Source: Chloroflexota bacterium (GTDB lineage: Bacteria > Chloroflexota > Limnocylindria > Limnocylindrales > CSP1-4). Taken from it: a stretch of 64,000 nucleotides of DNA. Below are positions 36,122 through 48,440 of the stretch, one piece after another; position 1 is the stretch's first letter; each line of letters starts with the position of its first letter. The stretch spans positions 1,290 through 65,289 of the forward strand of contig JACPOS010000023.1 in the NCBI GenBank assembly GCA_016191395.1. Direction: 5' to 3'. The position numbers were made by a program, and so were the translations under genes. The notes under the pieces were generated by a model. That model was not told the DNA's origin. It did not search any database and worked only from the letters and a program-made list of their open reading frames with translations.

Positions 36122-37308
36122 GCGACCAGCCGCCGAAGCCACCCCGCGGGCGACCGCGGCCCACCCCCAAGGGCTTCGACGATGTCCCAGTGCTCTCCGA
36201 CGAGGAGGTCGAGCGTCGCGTCGGGGTCCGCGGTGGCGGCACGCCTCGCGCCCCGATCGAGCGCCCGCCCCGCGTCACGCGCCCGCCGCGCCGCGAGGAG
36301 CGCACCACGGCGCGCGATTCGCTGCTCCTCGTGGGCCTCGTGATCGTCGGGCTCGTGGCGGTCCGCGTGTTCCTGCCCGACGGCCCACTGGCCGCAAGCG
36401 CGACGAGCACTCCGAGCGGCACCCAGGCGGCAATCGCGACATCCGCCCCGAGCGGCTCTCCCGGCCCGACCATCGTCCCCGTCATCACCCTGCCGCCCGG
36501 CTCCTCGGGGCCGTCGGTGGGGCCGACACTCGAGGTGACGGTGCCACCAACGGCTCCTGCCCCGACGCCGACGCTGAAGCCCGGCGAGACTCCCAGGCCG
36601 ACGCCCAAGCCCACGACGAAGCCAACGTCCGGGCCAACGCCCGTTCCGACCACGACGCCGACAGCCACTGTCCTCGTGAAGATGCAGGTGGTGAACGACA
36701 ACGGCGGTAACGCCCTCCCGGGCGCCTGGACGATGAAGATCAACGGCGAGGTCGGCACCGGAGTGAGCCCGAACACCTTCGGCGGGAGCGAAGCAGGAAC
36801 GTACGTCACGATCCCGGCCGGCAAGGGCTTCCTGGTCAGCGACAACAATGCCGTCGCGGGCTATGGCAGCTCGGCGAGCCCGGACTGCAGCCGCGATCCT
36901 GGCGTCGGCATCCCTGCCGGGACGACGGTCACATGCACGATCACGCGGAACGACCTCACGCCATACCTCAATCTAACGGTCTCGTTCTCCGGTGCGCAGC
37001 CGCCGAATCCCAGCCTCTCGATCACGGGAACTGCCAACCCGAGTCCGTCCTCGAAGACCTCGTTCGGCACGACGCCGGTGACGCTTGACGCGAACCACGA
37101 CTACCAGGTGGTCGAAGACACGCCGATCAGCGGCTACACGCTCGCCGTGACCGGCAACGGATGCTCGAGCACGGGCCTCGCCCTGAACGTGATCGTCAGC
37201 TGCACGTATACGTACACGGAGATCCCGCCGTCGCCCGCGAGCCCGGTCCCGTTCCTCCTCCTGCCGATTCTCCGGCCGCGCCGATGGCGAACGACGGCAA
37301 CGGGTTGA
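36118..37308 (+). CDS. membrane-anchored Pro/Thr-rich protein with prealbumin-like fold domains
   Basis: GTGA overlap with wecA. It has a basic N-terminus, a TM helix (LLLVGLVIVGLVAV) and a PT-rich linker. The following domains carry the VVNDNGGNALPGAWTM...TCTITRND pattern, seen in SpaA/prealbumin-like domains. Confidence 0.55.
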   Translation: MSDQPPKPPRGRPRPTPKGFDDVPVLSDEEVERRVGVRGGGTPRAPIERPPRVTRPPRREERTTARDSLLLVGLVIVGLVAVRVFLPDGPLAASATSTPSGTQAAIATSAPSGSPGPTIVPVITLPPGSSGPSVGPTLEVTVPPTAPAPTPTLKPGETPRPTPKPTTKPTSGPTPVPTTTPTATVLVKMQVVNDNGGNALPGAWTMKINGEVGTGVSPNTFGGSEAGTYVTIPAGKGFLVSDNNAVAGYGSSASPDCSRDPGVGIPAGTTVTCTITRNDLTPYLNLTVSFSGAQPPNPSLSITGTANPSPSSKTSFGTTPVTLDANHDYQVVEDTPISGYTLAVTGNGCSSTGLALNVIVSCTYTYTEIPPSPASPVPFLLLPILRPRRWRTTATG

Positions 37309-38039
37309 TGCCCGGCCGGGATCCGGAAGCCGGCCCCGACCCGAACCTCGCTCCCGAGGTCGCTCCAACCACCAGCGTCCGCTCCTCCGGGGTCCGGTCA
37401 CCGATCGATCGACGGCTCGTCCTGTGGCGCGATTCGGCGACGATCCTGATCTTCGTGGTCATCGGACTGCTCGCGGCCCAGACGTTCCTTCCACACGGTG
37501 GCGGGGCTCCGACGGAGACGCCTCTCCCCAGCGGCATCACCACCGGCTCGCTGCCCCCCGGCGTGACGCTCCCGCCGGGCGTCACGATCGGCCCGATCAT
37601 CAACCCGAGCCTGGGCGTCGACGCCACCCCAACGCCCGTTCCGGTGATCACGCTGGGCCCGCCCACGCCAACGCCCTTGCCCTCGCCTTCGCCAAAGCCG
37701 ACGGCCAAGCCAACCGCAAAGCCCACCGTCGCCCCATCGACCTCCCCAACGGACACGCCGGCGCCGACCCCCACGCCCCTTCCGCACGCGGTCGTTTCGT
37801 GTGATATCCCGGTTGGCCAGACTGTCACGTGCACGAGCACGTCCACGAACATCCAGCCGAACAGCGAGGCCTGGGACATGGGCGCATCGGGCAACATCAA
37901 CTCTGGAGGCAACAGCTCCAGTTCGATCACATTCACCTACACGGACCCTGGAACGAACACGGTCACCCTGCTGGTCACGGGCCTGGACGGCATCTCGTCC
38001 GATACCGCGACCACGCCCATCACGGTTCCCGGGCCGTGA
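37284..38039 (+). CDS. membrane-anchored Pro/Thr-rich protein with C-terminal PKD-like domain
   Basis: ATG 37284 (alternative 37308). TM helix (ILIFVVIGLLAA), a long P/T/G linker, then ..TVTCTSTST...ITFTYTDPGTNTVTLLVTGLDG.. (PKD-like). Confidence 0.5.
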   Translation: MANDGNGLMPGRDPEAGPDPNLAPEVAPTTSVRSSGVRSPIDRRLVLWRDSATILIFVVIGLLAAQTFLPHGGGAPTETPLPSGITTGSLPPGVTLPPGVTIGPIINPSLGVDATPTPVPVITLGPPTPTPLPSPSPKPTAKPTAKPTVAPSTSPTDTPAPTPTPLPHAVVSCDIPVGQTVTCTSTSTNIQPNSEAWDMGASGNINSGGNSSSSITFTYTDPGTNTVTLLVTGLDGISSDTATTPITVPGP

Positions 38040-38064
38040 TCAGCGACGGGCGATGAAGGCTCGC

Positions 38065-38073
38065 TGGTATACT
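38065..38073 (+). promoter_or_regulatory. possible extended -10 promoter of the atp operon
   Basis: TGGTATACT (TGn plus TATACT), 24 nt upstream of the atpI GTG. No convincing -35 element. Confidence 0.3.
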
Positions 38074-38096
38074 CCCGTCGCTTTGCCAGGTGGCGC

Positions 38097-38318
38097 GTGA
38101 TCGAGCCCGGGAGGGGTGGGGCGTATGCCGTCCTCTTCTCGGAGATCGGCATCTCACTCCTGATCACGACCCTTGTCGGGGTGCTCGTCGGTCGGTGGGT
38201 GGACGAGCAGCTGGATAGCCTGCCGATCTTCCTGATCGTCGGCTTCCTGATCGGGGCCGGCAGCGGGACGGTGATGATCTACCGCCTGGTCAGCAGGTTC
38301 CTGAAGACGATCAAGTAG
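38097..38318 (+). CDS. atpI: AtpZ/AtpI family ATP synthase protein I
   Basis: 73 aa, two TM helices (..ISLLITTLVGVLVGRWVD...PIFLIVGFLIGAGSG..). First gene of the atp operon. Confidence 0.7.
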   Translation: MIEPGRGGAYAVLFSEIGISLLITTLVGVLVGRWVDEQLDSLPIFLIVGFLIGAGSGTVMIYRLVSRFLKTIK

Positions 38319-38386
38319 CGGTCCCGAAGGCCGCCAGACCAGAGTCCGAGCGCGGCACGTGCCGCGCTCCCGCATGTGGAGGGCGT

Positions 38387-39406
38387 GTGTCGAGCGATCA
38401 GGTCGCGACCGACGCGGTCGCGCCGCCCCGGAAGTCGTCGCGCAACCGGTGGATCCTGCTCATCGTGGGCGTCGTCGTCCTCGACATCGTCGCGCTGATC
38501 GCGTTCCCGCCGTTTCCGAAGGGCGAGCAGCCCGGCGTCGACTGCCCCTTCCCTGCGTGCTTCATCCAGAGCGCCCTGGAGTTCCCGGCCCCGCATACCG
38601 TGATCGACCTCGCCCCCTCAAGCGCGGCTGAGGCCGGTGGCCTCGTGACCTTCCACCCCGCGATCAGCAACACGCTGCTCACGATGTGGATCGTCATGGC
38701 GATCGTCGTGATCGGCTCCGCCCTCCTCGTTCGAGGTTCCAAGCTGGTGCCGGGGCGCGGTCAGAACGTCTTCGAGTTCGTGTACGAGTTCCTGAGCGAC
38801 TTCGGGATCGGCCTCGCCGGGCCCACCGCACGCCCGTACATCCCGATCTTCCTCGGGGCGTTCCTGCTCGTCCTGTTCGACAACTGGATCGGGCTCGTGC
38901 CGCCGGTGGGCAAGATCGAGGAGCTGCGAGCGCCGTCCAGCGACGTGAACATCACGATCGGGATGGCCCTTGTGAGCTTCGTCATCTTCCACGTCGAGGG
39001 CTTCCGCCATCTCGGCGTGGGTGGCTACCTCGGCAAGTTCTTCCCGGTCTACGAATTCAGGAACGGGATCGGCGCGGGCATCATCGCGATGTTCGTGGGG
39101 ATCATCGAGCTGATGCTCGAGTTCGTGAAGCCGGTCACGCTGTCCATGCGGTTGTTCGGCAACATCTACGGCGGCGAGGTTGCCCTCGGCGTCATCACCT
39201 CCCTGACCATCGCGATCTTCCCGGTCGCGCTGCTCCTCCTCGACGGCATGCTGAACGCGATCCAGGCGCTGATCTTCAGCGTCCTGACCCTCGTGTTCAT
39301 CACGCTCGCGATCGAGAGTCATCACGAAGAGGAAGGCCACATCGCCGAAGAGGTCGTGGCCACCATCGACGGCACGGAGCCATCCGGCCTCCCGGCCACC
39401 AGCTAG
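38387..39406 (+). CDS. atpB: F0F1 ATP synthase subunit a
   Basis: ..TLSMRLFGNIYGGEV.. contains the essential Arg. Multi-TM protein with about 90 extra N-terminal aa, including an additional TM helix. Confidence 0.9.
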   Translation: MSSDQVATDAVAPPRKSSRNRWILLIVGVVVLDIVALIAFPPFPKGEQPGVDCPFPACFIQSALEFPAPHTVIDLAPSSAAEAGGLVTFHPAISNTLLTMWIVMAIVVIGSALLVRGSKLVPGRGQNVFEFVYEFLSDFGIGLAGPTARPYIPIFLGAFLLVLFDNWIGLVPPVGKIEELRAPSSDVNITIGMALVSFVIFHVEGFRHLGVGGYLGKFFPVYEFRNGIGAGIIAMFVGIIELMLEFVKPVTLSMRLFGNIYGGEVALGVITSLTIAIFPVALLLLDGMLNAIQALIFSVLTLVFITLAIESHHEEEGHIAEEVVATIDGTEPSGLPATS

Positions 39407-39433
39407 CTAATCCCGGGCGGCTCGCCCGGGAAC

Positions 39434-39664
39434 ATGGAGGGACATCGGAACATGGAGAACATCGGCGCAGGTCTCGCGGCTCTCGGGGTCATCGGCCCCG
39501 GCATCGGCATCGGCATCCTTGCCGGTCTTTCCGCAACCGCGATCGGCCGAAATCCCGACGCAGCGGGCCAGATCCGCGGCATCGCGATCATCCTCGCGGC
39601 CTTCGCCGAAGGCCTCGGCGTGCTCGCGATCGTCGTCGGCCTCCTCGCAATCTTCATCAAGTAG
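39434..39664 (+). CDS. atpE: F0F1 ATP synthase subunit c
   Basis: ..GLAALGVIGPGIGIGI...ARNPDAAG...ILAAFAEGLGVLAIVV.. carries the proton-binding Glu. The start may instead be ATG 39452. Confidence 0.92.
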   Translation: MEGHRNMENIGAGLAALGVIGPGIGIGILAGLSATAIGRNPDAAGQIRGIAIILAAFAEGLGVLAIVVGLLAIFIK

Positions 39665-39687
39665 CGCGGCGCACGGGGTAACCCATC

Positions 39688-40251
39688 GTGGAGCTCTTTG
39701 GTCTCGCGTCCGCTGCTGCCGCCGGGGCTGCGCGGCTGGCAGCAGAAGGTGACCCGCTGTTCCAGGTCAACCTGTTCCAGGTGATCATCGCGGCGGCGAA
39801 CTTCGTCGTCTTCCTGGTGCTCATGTGGACGTTCGCGTTCAAGCCCGTGGCGAAGATGCTGAACGACCGCCGGTCCCGCATCGAGCAGGGCCTGCGCGAT
39901 GCCGAGCAGGCGCGCGCCGACCGCGAGAGCGCGGAGCAGGAGCGCCTTGCCGCCCTCACCGAGGCGCGGCGCGAGGCGAACGACATCCTGGCGCGGGCCC
40001 AGAAGGTTGCCCAGGAGACCCGCGACGCGGACATCGCCGCCACGAAGGCGGAGCTCGAGCGGATGCGCGTCCGCGCCTCCGACGAGATCGCCGCAGAGAA
40101 GGGCCGCGCCCTCGCGGAGCTGAGAAGCGAGGTCGCCGACCTGGCACTCCAGGCGGCCGGCCGCGTCGTCGGCGAGACCATGTCCGACCAGCGCCAGCGG
40201 CGCCTCGTCGAGGAGTTCCTCGCCGACCCCGCCGGAAGCGCCAAGCAGTGA
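39688..40251 (+). CDS. atpF: F0F1 ATP synthase subunit b
   Basis: N-terminal TM helix followed by a long charged coiled coil (..RRSRIEQGLRDAEQARADRESAEQERL..). Operon position supports the call. Confidence 0.85.
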   Translation: MELFGLASAAAAGAARLAAEGDPLFQVNLFQVIIAAANFVVFLVLMWTFAFKPVAKMLNDRRSRIEQGLRDAEQARADRESAEQERLAALTEARREANDILARAQKVAQETRDADIAATKAELERMRVRASDEIAAEKGRALAELRSEVADLALQAAGRVVGETMSDQRQRRLVEEFLADPAGSAKQ

Positions 40252-40258
40252 CCTGCTG

Positions 40259-40807
40259 ATGGCGAGCCAGGGCTCGTCGGCCGCGCGGCGCTACGCCGAG
40301 GCCGCGTTCCAGCTCGCGATGCGCGACCGCGCGCTCGACGCCTACGGCGACGGGCTGGACCTGGCCGTCCGCATGCTGGGTGGCGACGACGTCCTGGGCA
40401 TCCTGCGCAACCCGGCGAGGCCGCTGACGGAGCGCATGGAGCTCGTGGACAGCCTGCTGACCAGCCGCGTGCCGGAGCCCGTTCGCAAGATCGCCGGGCT
40501 GCTCGTGGCGCGGGGCAAGGTGGACCGGCTCGCGACGGTCGCGGGCGAGTACCGCCGCCTGCTCAACCGGGAGCAGGGCGTCGTGGAGGCCGTGGCCACC
40601 GCCGCAACCCCCCTGAACAAGCCGGAGACCGAGGCGCTCCAGCGCAAGGTCGCCGAGATGACCGGCCGCACCGTCGACCTCCGGGTCGAGGTCGACGAAG
40701 CGCTGATCGGCGGGCTCACCGTCCGCGTCGGCGACACCCTCTATGACGCCAGCGTCCGGGGCCGCCTCGAGCGGCTTCGCGAGCGCCTCGTGGCGGGCGC
40801 CCGCTAG
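40259..40807 (+). CDS. atpH: F0F1 ATP synthase subunit delta
   Basis: OSCP/delta pattern (..[11 protein letters not shown].., ..[26 protein letters not shown]..). Operon position supports the call. Confidence 0.87.
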   Translation: MASQGSSAARRYAEAAFQLAMRDRALDAYGDGLDLAVRMLGGDDVLGILRNPARPLTERMELVDSLLTSRVPEPVRKIAGLLVARGKVDRLATVAGEYRRLLNREQGVVEAVATAATPLNKPETEALQRKVAEMTGRTVDLRVEVDEALIGGLTVRVGDTLYDASVRGRLERLRERLVAGAR

Positions 40808-40836
40808 CGCCCCGCCCGCCAACCGAAGGAGAACCG

Positions 40837-42369
40837 ATGGCCATCCGCTCCGACGAGATCGTCAACATCATCAAGTCCGCGATCGACACGTTCGACGCGA
40901 CCGCCGAGACGCGCAACGTCGGCACGGTCGTTGAGGTCGGTGACGGCATCGCCCAGATCTACGGCCTCGAGGGCGCGCTCGCGTCGGAGCTGCTGGAGTT
41001 CCCTGGTGGGGTGATGGGCATGGCCCTCAACCTCGAGGAAGAGACCGTCGGCGCGGTCGTCCTCGGCGACGCCTCGGCGATCAAGGAAGGCGACACCGTC
41101 AAGACCACGGGGCGCGTGGTCGAGGTGCCGGTGGGCCAGGCGCTGCTCGGCCGCGTCGTGGACCCACTCGGCAAGCCCCTCGACGACAAGGGGCCGATCA
41201 AGACCACGAAGACCCGTCCGGTCGAGCGCATCGCCCACGGCGTCATCGTCCGCAAGGGCGTGGACACCCCGGTCCAGACGGGCATCAAGGCCATCGATGC
41301 CCTCATCCCGATCGGGCGTGGCCAGCGTGAGCTCATCATCGGCGACCGGCAGACCGGCAAGACGGCGATCGCGGTCGACACGATCATCAACCAGAAGGGC
41401 CAGGGGCTCGTCTGCATCTACGTGGCGATCGGCCAGAAGCTCTCGACCGTCGCCCAGACCGTGGCCACGCTGGAGAAGTACGGCGCGATGGAGCACACCA
41501 TCGTGGTCGTCGCCGGCGCCGAGGATCCCGCCCCGCTCCAGTACCTCGCGCCGTACTCCGGCGCGGCATTCGGCGAGGAGGTCATGGAGGTCGGCGTCGA
41601 GATCGACGGCGTGCTCGTGAAGGACGCGCTGTGCGTCTACGACGACCTCAGCAAGCACGCCTGGGCGTATCGCGAGATGGCCCTGCTCCTCCGTCGCCCG
41701 CCGGGCCGTGAGGCGTACCCGGGCGACGTCTTCTACCTCCACTCCCGCCTGCTGGAGCGCGCCGCGCGCCTGAACGACGAGAACGGCGGCGGCTCCCTGA
41801 CCGCCCTGCCGATCATCGAGACGCAGGCCGGTGACGTGTCCGCGTACATCCCGACGAACGTGATCTCCATCACGGACGGCCAGATCTTCCTCGAGACGGA
41901 CCTGTTCAACGCCGGCCAGCGGCCCGCGCTCAACATCGGCATCTCGGTGTCCCGCGTCGGCTCCGCGGCGCAGACCAAGGCCATGAAGAAGGTCGCCGGT
42001 CCGTTGAAGCTGGACCTGGCCCAGTACCGGGCGCTCGCCGCGTTCGCGCAGTTCGCGTCCGACCTGGACAAGGCGACGCGCGACCAGCTGACCCGAGGCG
42101 AGAAGCTGTCCGAGGTCATCAAGCAGCCGCAGTACCAGCCGCTCCCGGTGGAGAAGCAGGTCGCGATCCTGCACGCGGCCACGACGGGCAAGCTGGACGA
42201 CATCCCGACGGCGCGCGTCAAGGACTTCGAGATCGGCTTCTACCGGTTCCTGGAGGCGGAGCGCCCCAAGATCCTGCCGGAGCTCGCCAGGACGAAGGCG
42301 CTCTCCGACGAGCTGGCCGCCGCGCTCACCGAGGCGCTCGACGTCTACCGGCAGTCCTTCCTGGCATGA
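40837..42369 (+). CDS. atpA: F0F1 ATP synthase subunit alpha
   Basis: Walker A GDRQTGKT, ..[42 protein letters not shown].. Confidence 0.97.
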   Translation: MAIRSDEIVNIIKSAIDTFDATAETRNVGTVVEVGDGIAQIYGLEGALASELLEFPGGVMGMALNLEEETVGAVVLGDASAIKEGDTVKTTGRVVEVPVGQALLGRVVDPLGKPLDDKGPIKTTKTRPVERIAHGVIVRKGVDTPVQTGIKAIDALIPIGRGQRELIIGDRQTGKTAIAVDTIINQKGQGLVCIYVAIGQKLSTVAQTVATLEKYGAMEHTIVVVAGAEDPAPLQYLAPYSGAAFGEEVMEVGVEIDGVLVKDALCVYDDLSKHAWAYREMALLLRRPPGREAYPGDVFYLHSRLLERAARLNDENGGGSLTALPIIETQAGDVSAYIPTNVISITDGQIFLETDLFNAGQRPALNIGISVSRVGSAAQTKAMKKVAGPLKLDLAQYRALAAFAQFASDLDKATRDQLTRGEKLSEVIKQPQYQPLPVEKQVAILHAATTGKLDDIPTARVKDFEIGFYRFLEAERPKILPELARTKALSDELAAALTEALDVYRQSFLA

Positions 42370-42522
42370 CGAATCAGTTCCGCCGTCTGGGCGGTCGAGG
42401 GCAAGGCGGAGCCGAGCACGCGAGCGCGCGCACCCCAAGGTGCGTAAGCGAGCGCGCACAGGCGACAACGCCGCCATCGACCAGCACAGGCGGCGGCCTC
42501 AAGAGTTCGCCACGGAGGCAGC

Positions 42523-44815
<2,293 letters not shown>

Positions 44816-44816
<1 letters not shown>

Positions 44817-45244
44817 TGCCAATCCAGCTCGAGATCGTCACGCCCGAGCGGCTCGCGTACAGCGACACCGTCGATTCGGTGCAGCTGCCGGGGTCGGAGG
44901 GCGAGATGGGCGTCCTGCCACATCACGCCCCGCTGCTCGCCACCCTTGGCGTCGGCGAGCTGCGGATCCGCAAGGGCGGCGAGGAGGAGGCGTTCGCGAT
45001 CGTGGGCGGCTTCGTCCAGGTTCGGCCGAACAAGGTCGTGGTGATGGCGGAGACCGCCGACATGGCCTCGGAGATCGACCTGGAGCGGGCGCGCGAAGCG
45101 CGGCGCGAGGCGGAGCGGGCCCTGGAGTCCGGCTTCCACGAAGGCGCCGACCTGGCGGCCGCGCGCGCGGCCCTGCAGACCGCGCTGCTCCGCATCCGGA
45201 TTGCCGAGCGCCGCCATCACGAGGGTGCCCGCAGGCGGGTCTAG
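44816..45244 (+). CDS. atpC: F0F1 ATP synthase subunit epsilon
   Basis: ..LEIVTPERLAYSDTVDSVQLPGSEGEMGVLPHHAPLL.. The ATG overlaps the atpD TGA. Confidence 0.9.
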
Positions 45245-45294
45245 GGCCACAATCAGCGCACACATGAAGGTGCCCGCACGTTTGACTGACTGCA

Positions 45295-46638
45295 GTGGCT
45301 GACGCACGACCGTTTCACTGGGAGTACGACGCACCCGCGGTCGCGCCCGAGCGATTCCTCGTGACCGGCGGGTCGCCCCTCGAGGGGACGATTCGGGTCA
45401 GTGGCGCGAAGAATGCGGCGCTGAAGATGCTCGCGGCCGCGACCCTCACCGGGGAGCGCTGCCGGTTCACCAACGTCCCCGAGATCGAGGACGTCCGGGC
45501 GATGACCGAGACGCTCAGCGACCTCGGCGTCGTGGTGGACCACCCCGCGCCGAACACGTACGAGGTCTCCGCCGGCGACGTGGACTGGCTGTTCGTGCCC
45601 CTCGAGGCCGCGGCCAAGATGCGCGCCAGCTTCATGCTCCTGGGGCCGCTCCTGTCGCGCTTCGGCGAGGTCGTCATCAGCAACCCGGGCGGCGACCGGA
45701 TCGGTCGGCGGCCGGTGGACCTCCACGTCGACGCCATGCGCGCCCTGGGCGCCACGATCGACTACCGCTACGGCTACTACTACGCCAAGTCGAACGGCAG
45801 GCTCCGGGGCTCGGAGATCCGCTTTCCCATCGTGTCCGTCATGGGCACCGAGAACGCGATGCTCGCGGCGACCCTCGCCGATGGCCAGACCGTCATCCGG
45901 CCGGCCGCGCAGGAGCCGGAGGTGGACGACCTGATCGCCTTCCTCCAGAAGATGGGCGCCGACGTGGAGCGGACCTACCCGGACACGATCGAGGTCAACG
46001 GCAAGCGCCGCCTGCGTGGCGCCGAGCACAGCGTGATGCCGGATCGGATCGAGGCCGGCACGTTCGCGATCGCCGCCGGCGTCACCGGCGGGCACGTGAT
46101 CCTGGAGGGCACGGACTGCGACACGATGAACGCGCTCGTCGAGGTCATGGGCAATGCCGGCCTCTCGGTGAGCTGCGGGCCCGGTCGCATGGAGGTCGAT
46201 GCGCGCGGCCTCGGGCCCGGCGGCATCAAGCCGGTCGACGTCGAGACCGGGCCGTATCCGGCGCTCGCCACGGACATCCAGCCGCCCACGACGGTGCTCC
46301 TCACGCAGGCCAACGGCGACTCCAAGGTGCACGAGGCGATCTTCGAGGACCGGCTGGAGTGGACCGGCGAGCTCGCCAAGATGGGCGCCCGCATCGACCT
46401 CAATGGGCCCCAGCGCGCGATCATCCACGGCCCGTCGAAGCTGCACGCCGCGACCGTGGAGATCTCCGACCTGCGCGCCGGAGCGTCGCTGATCCTCGCC
46501 GCGCTGGCGGCGAAGGGCACCTCGTCGATCGGTGGTGCGCACCACGTTCGGCGAGGGTATGAGAACATCGAACGGAAGTTCCTGGACCTCGGCGCCAGGA
46601 TCGAGCGCGTCCAGGAAGGGGGCAGCAAGCCCGCATGA
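45295..46638 (+). CDS. murA: UDP-N-acetylglucosamine 1-carboxyvinyltransferase
   Basis: ..[18 protein letters not shown].., with active-site loop ..[15 protein letters not shown].. Asp134 (codon 45694..45696) occupies the position of the fosfomycin-target Cys. Confidence 0.93.
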   Translation: MADARPFHWEYDAPAVAPERFLVTGGSPLEGTIRVSGAKNAALKMLAAATLTGERCRFTNVPEIEDVRAMTETLSDLGVVVDHPAPNTYEVSAGDVDWLFVPLEAAAKMRASFMLLGPLLSRFGEVVISNPGGDRIGRRPVDLHVDAMRALGATIDYRYGYYYAKSNGRLRGSEIRFPIVSVMGTENAMLAATLADGQTVIRPAAQEPEVDDLIAFLQKMGADVERTYPDTIEVNGKRRLRGAEHSVMPDRIEAGTFAIAAGVTGGHVILEGTDCDTMNALVEVMGNAGLSVSCGPGRMEVDARGLGPGGIKPVDVETGPYPALATDIQPPTTVLLTQANGDSKVHEAIFEDRLEWTGELAKMGARIDLNGPQRAIIHGPSKLHAATVEISDLRAGASLILAALAAKGTSSIGGAHHVRRGYENIERKFLDLGARIERVQEGGSKPA

Positions 46639-47639
46639 ACATCGGCATCGATCTCGGCACGGCCAACGTCCTGGTCCACGTCGAAGGCAAGGGCATCGTG
46701 ATCCAGGAGCCGTCGGTCGTCGCGGTCGACGATGACGGTCGCATTCGGGCCGTTGGCGAGGACGCCCGCGAGATGATCGGACGCACGCCCGGCAACATCC
46801 ACGCGATCCGCCCGATGAAGGACGGCGTCATCGCCGACTACGTCATCACCGAGGCGATGCTCCGGTTCTTCATCAACAAGGCCATGGCAGGCCGCATGCG
46901 CATGCGCTTCAGCGGGCCCGCGGTGATGATCTCGGTACCGGCGGGCGTGACCTCCGTGGAGAAGCGCGCGGTCAAGGACGCGGCGCTCAAGGCGGGGGCG
47001 CGCGAGGCGCACCTGATCGAGGAGCCGCTGGCGGCGGCGATCGGCGCGAACGTGCCCATCTCGGGGCCGTCCGGGAACATGGTGATCGACATCGGCGGCG
47101 GGACGAGCGAGGTCGCGGTCATCGCCCTCGGCGGGATCGTCGTCTCGACCTCGCTGCGGGTCGGCGGCAACCGGTTCGATGAGGCGATCACCTCGTACAT
47201 CCGCAAGAAGTACAACCTGATGATCGGCGAGCGGACGGCCGAGGAAGTCAAGATCACGATCGGGACCGCCCTGCCGCTCGAGCGCGAGCTGTCCATGGAG
47301 GTTCGCGGCCGCGACCTCATCGCCGGCCTCCCGCGCACGATCCCCATCACCTCGTCGGAGGTCATGGAGGCCATCGAGCTGCCGCTGCAGCAGCTCGTCG
47401 CCGCCGTGCGGCACGTGCTCGAGCAGACGCCCCCGGAGCTGTCCAGCGACATCATCGACAAGGGCATGGTCATGTCGGGCGGCGGCGCGCTCCTGCGCAA
47501 CATCGACAAGCTCCTGACCCAGGTCACGGGCGTCCCGTGCCACGTCGCGGAGAACGCGCTGAACTGCGTCGCGCTTGGTACGGGCGAGGCCCTGAAGCAC
47601 TACGACTTCTTCAAGAAGTCGCTCGTCCAGACGGTCTGA
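46635..47639 (+). CDS. mreB: rod shape-determining actin homologue MreB
   Basis: [14 protein letters not shown]..., ..[15 protein letters not shown].., ..[13 protein letters not shown].. ATGA overlap with murA. Confidence 0.96.
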   Translation: MNIGIDLGTANVLVHVEGKGIVIQEPSVVAVDDDGRIRAVGEDAREMIGRTPGNIHAIRPMKDGVIADYVITEAMLRFFINKAMAGRMRMRFSGPAVMISVPAGVTSVEKRAVKDAALKAGAREAHLIEEPLAAAIGANVPISGPSGNMVIDIGGGTSEVAVIALGGIVVSTSLRVGGNRFDEAITSYIRKKYNLMIGERTAEEVKITIGTALPLERELSMEVRGRDLIAGLPRTIPITSSEVMEAIELPLQQLVAAVRHVLEQTPPELSSDIIDKGMVMSGGGALLRNIDKLLTQVTGVPCHVAENALNCVALGTGEALKHYDFFKKSLVQTV

Positions 47640-47660
47640 GCGGGCGCGAAGCAGAAGCGG

Positions 47661-48440
47661 GTGCCAGCGACCGACTCTCCGAGGACCGAGGAGACGCCCC
47701 CGCAAGCCATCGGTTCCAGTGTCCAACGAGCCTTCCTGGACCTGCATTGCCACACGTCGGCGAGCTTCGACTCGCTGGCGTCGCCCGGCGCGGTGGTTCG
47801 TGCAGCCGTGGCACGGGGCCTCACCCATCTCGCGATCACCGACCATGACCGCATCGATGGGGCGATCGAGGCTCGCGATCGGGCTGCGACTGACGCTCCG
47901 GGGCTGGCGGTCCTCGTCGGCCAGGAGATCCGAACGACGGCAGGCGACCTGATCGGGCTGTTCCTGCAGGAGACGATCCCGCCGGGGCTCTCGCCGGCCG
48001 AAGCGGTCGCCGCGGTGCGCGCGCAGGGTGGCCTCGTGGGCATCGCCCATCCCTTCGATCGCTTCCGCGGCTCCGTGGGCCGGGGCGAGACCGGGGCGCT
48101 CGACGAGCTCGCCGCGACGGTCGACTGGATCGAGATCTGGAATGCGCGCCTCATCGTCGGCGACGGCAACGCGCGGGCAGCGGAGCTCGCGCTTCGGCAC
48201 AAGGTGACGGGCGTTGCGGTGTCCGACGCGCATACGACGATCGAGGTCGGGATCGCGGCAACGATCCTTGCCGGCGACGTGTCCAAGGCGGACGGGCTCC
48301 GGGCCGCCCTCGCTGGCCCCGTGGAGCTCGTGACGGGGCGCGCGTCCGCGTACGTTCGCCTGCTCGGCCCCGCGGCGAAGCTCGTGCAGCGTGCTCGCGG
48401 TCGTGGCCGCGTCCAGCCGCCGCGCGCGGCGACGCGATGA
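47661..48440 (+). CDS. PHP domain metal-dependent phosphoesterase
   Basis: ..FLDLHCHTSASFDS....LTHLAITDHDRIDG.., ..GIAHPF.. Confidence 0.75.
   Translation: MPATDSPRTEETPPQAIGSSVQRAFLDLHCHTSASFDSLASPGAVVRAAVARGLTHLAITDHDRIDGAIEARDRAATDAPGLAVLVGQEIRTTAGDLIGLFLQETIPPGLSPAEAVAAVRAQGGLVGIAHPFDRFRGSVGRGETGALDELAATVDWIEIWNARLIVGDGNARAAELALRHKVTGVAVSDAHTTIEVGIAATILAGDVSKADGLRAALAGPVELVTGRASAYVRLLGPAAKLVQRARGRGRVQPPRAATR

Noticed and set aside
36480-36670. Repetitive DNA in the Pro/Thr-rich linkers (36480..36670 and 37600..37780) and in the L21 tail (29330..29517), checked as possible tandem repeats or a CRISPR-like array.
   Set aside because: The repeats are short, imperfect, in-frame codon repeats (CCG/ACG/AAG/GCC) inside coding regions. 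There are no spacer-repeat periodicity and no cas genes.
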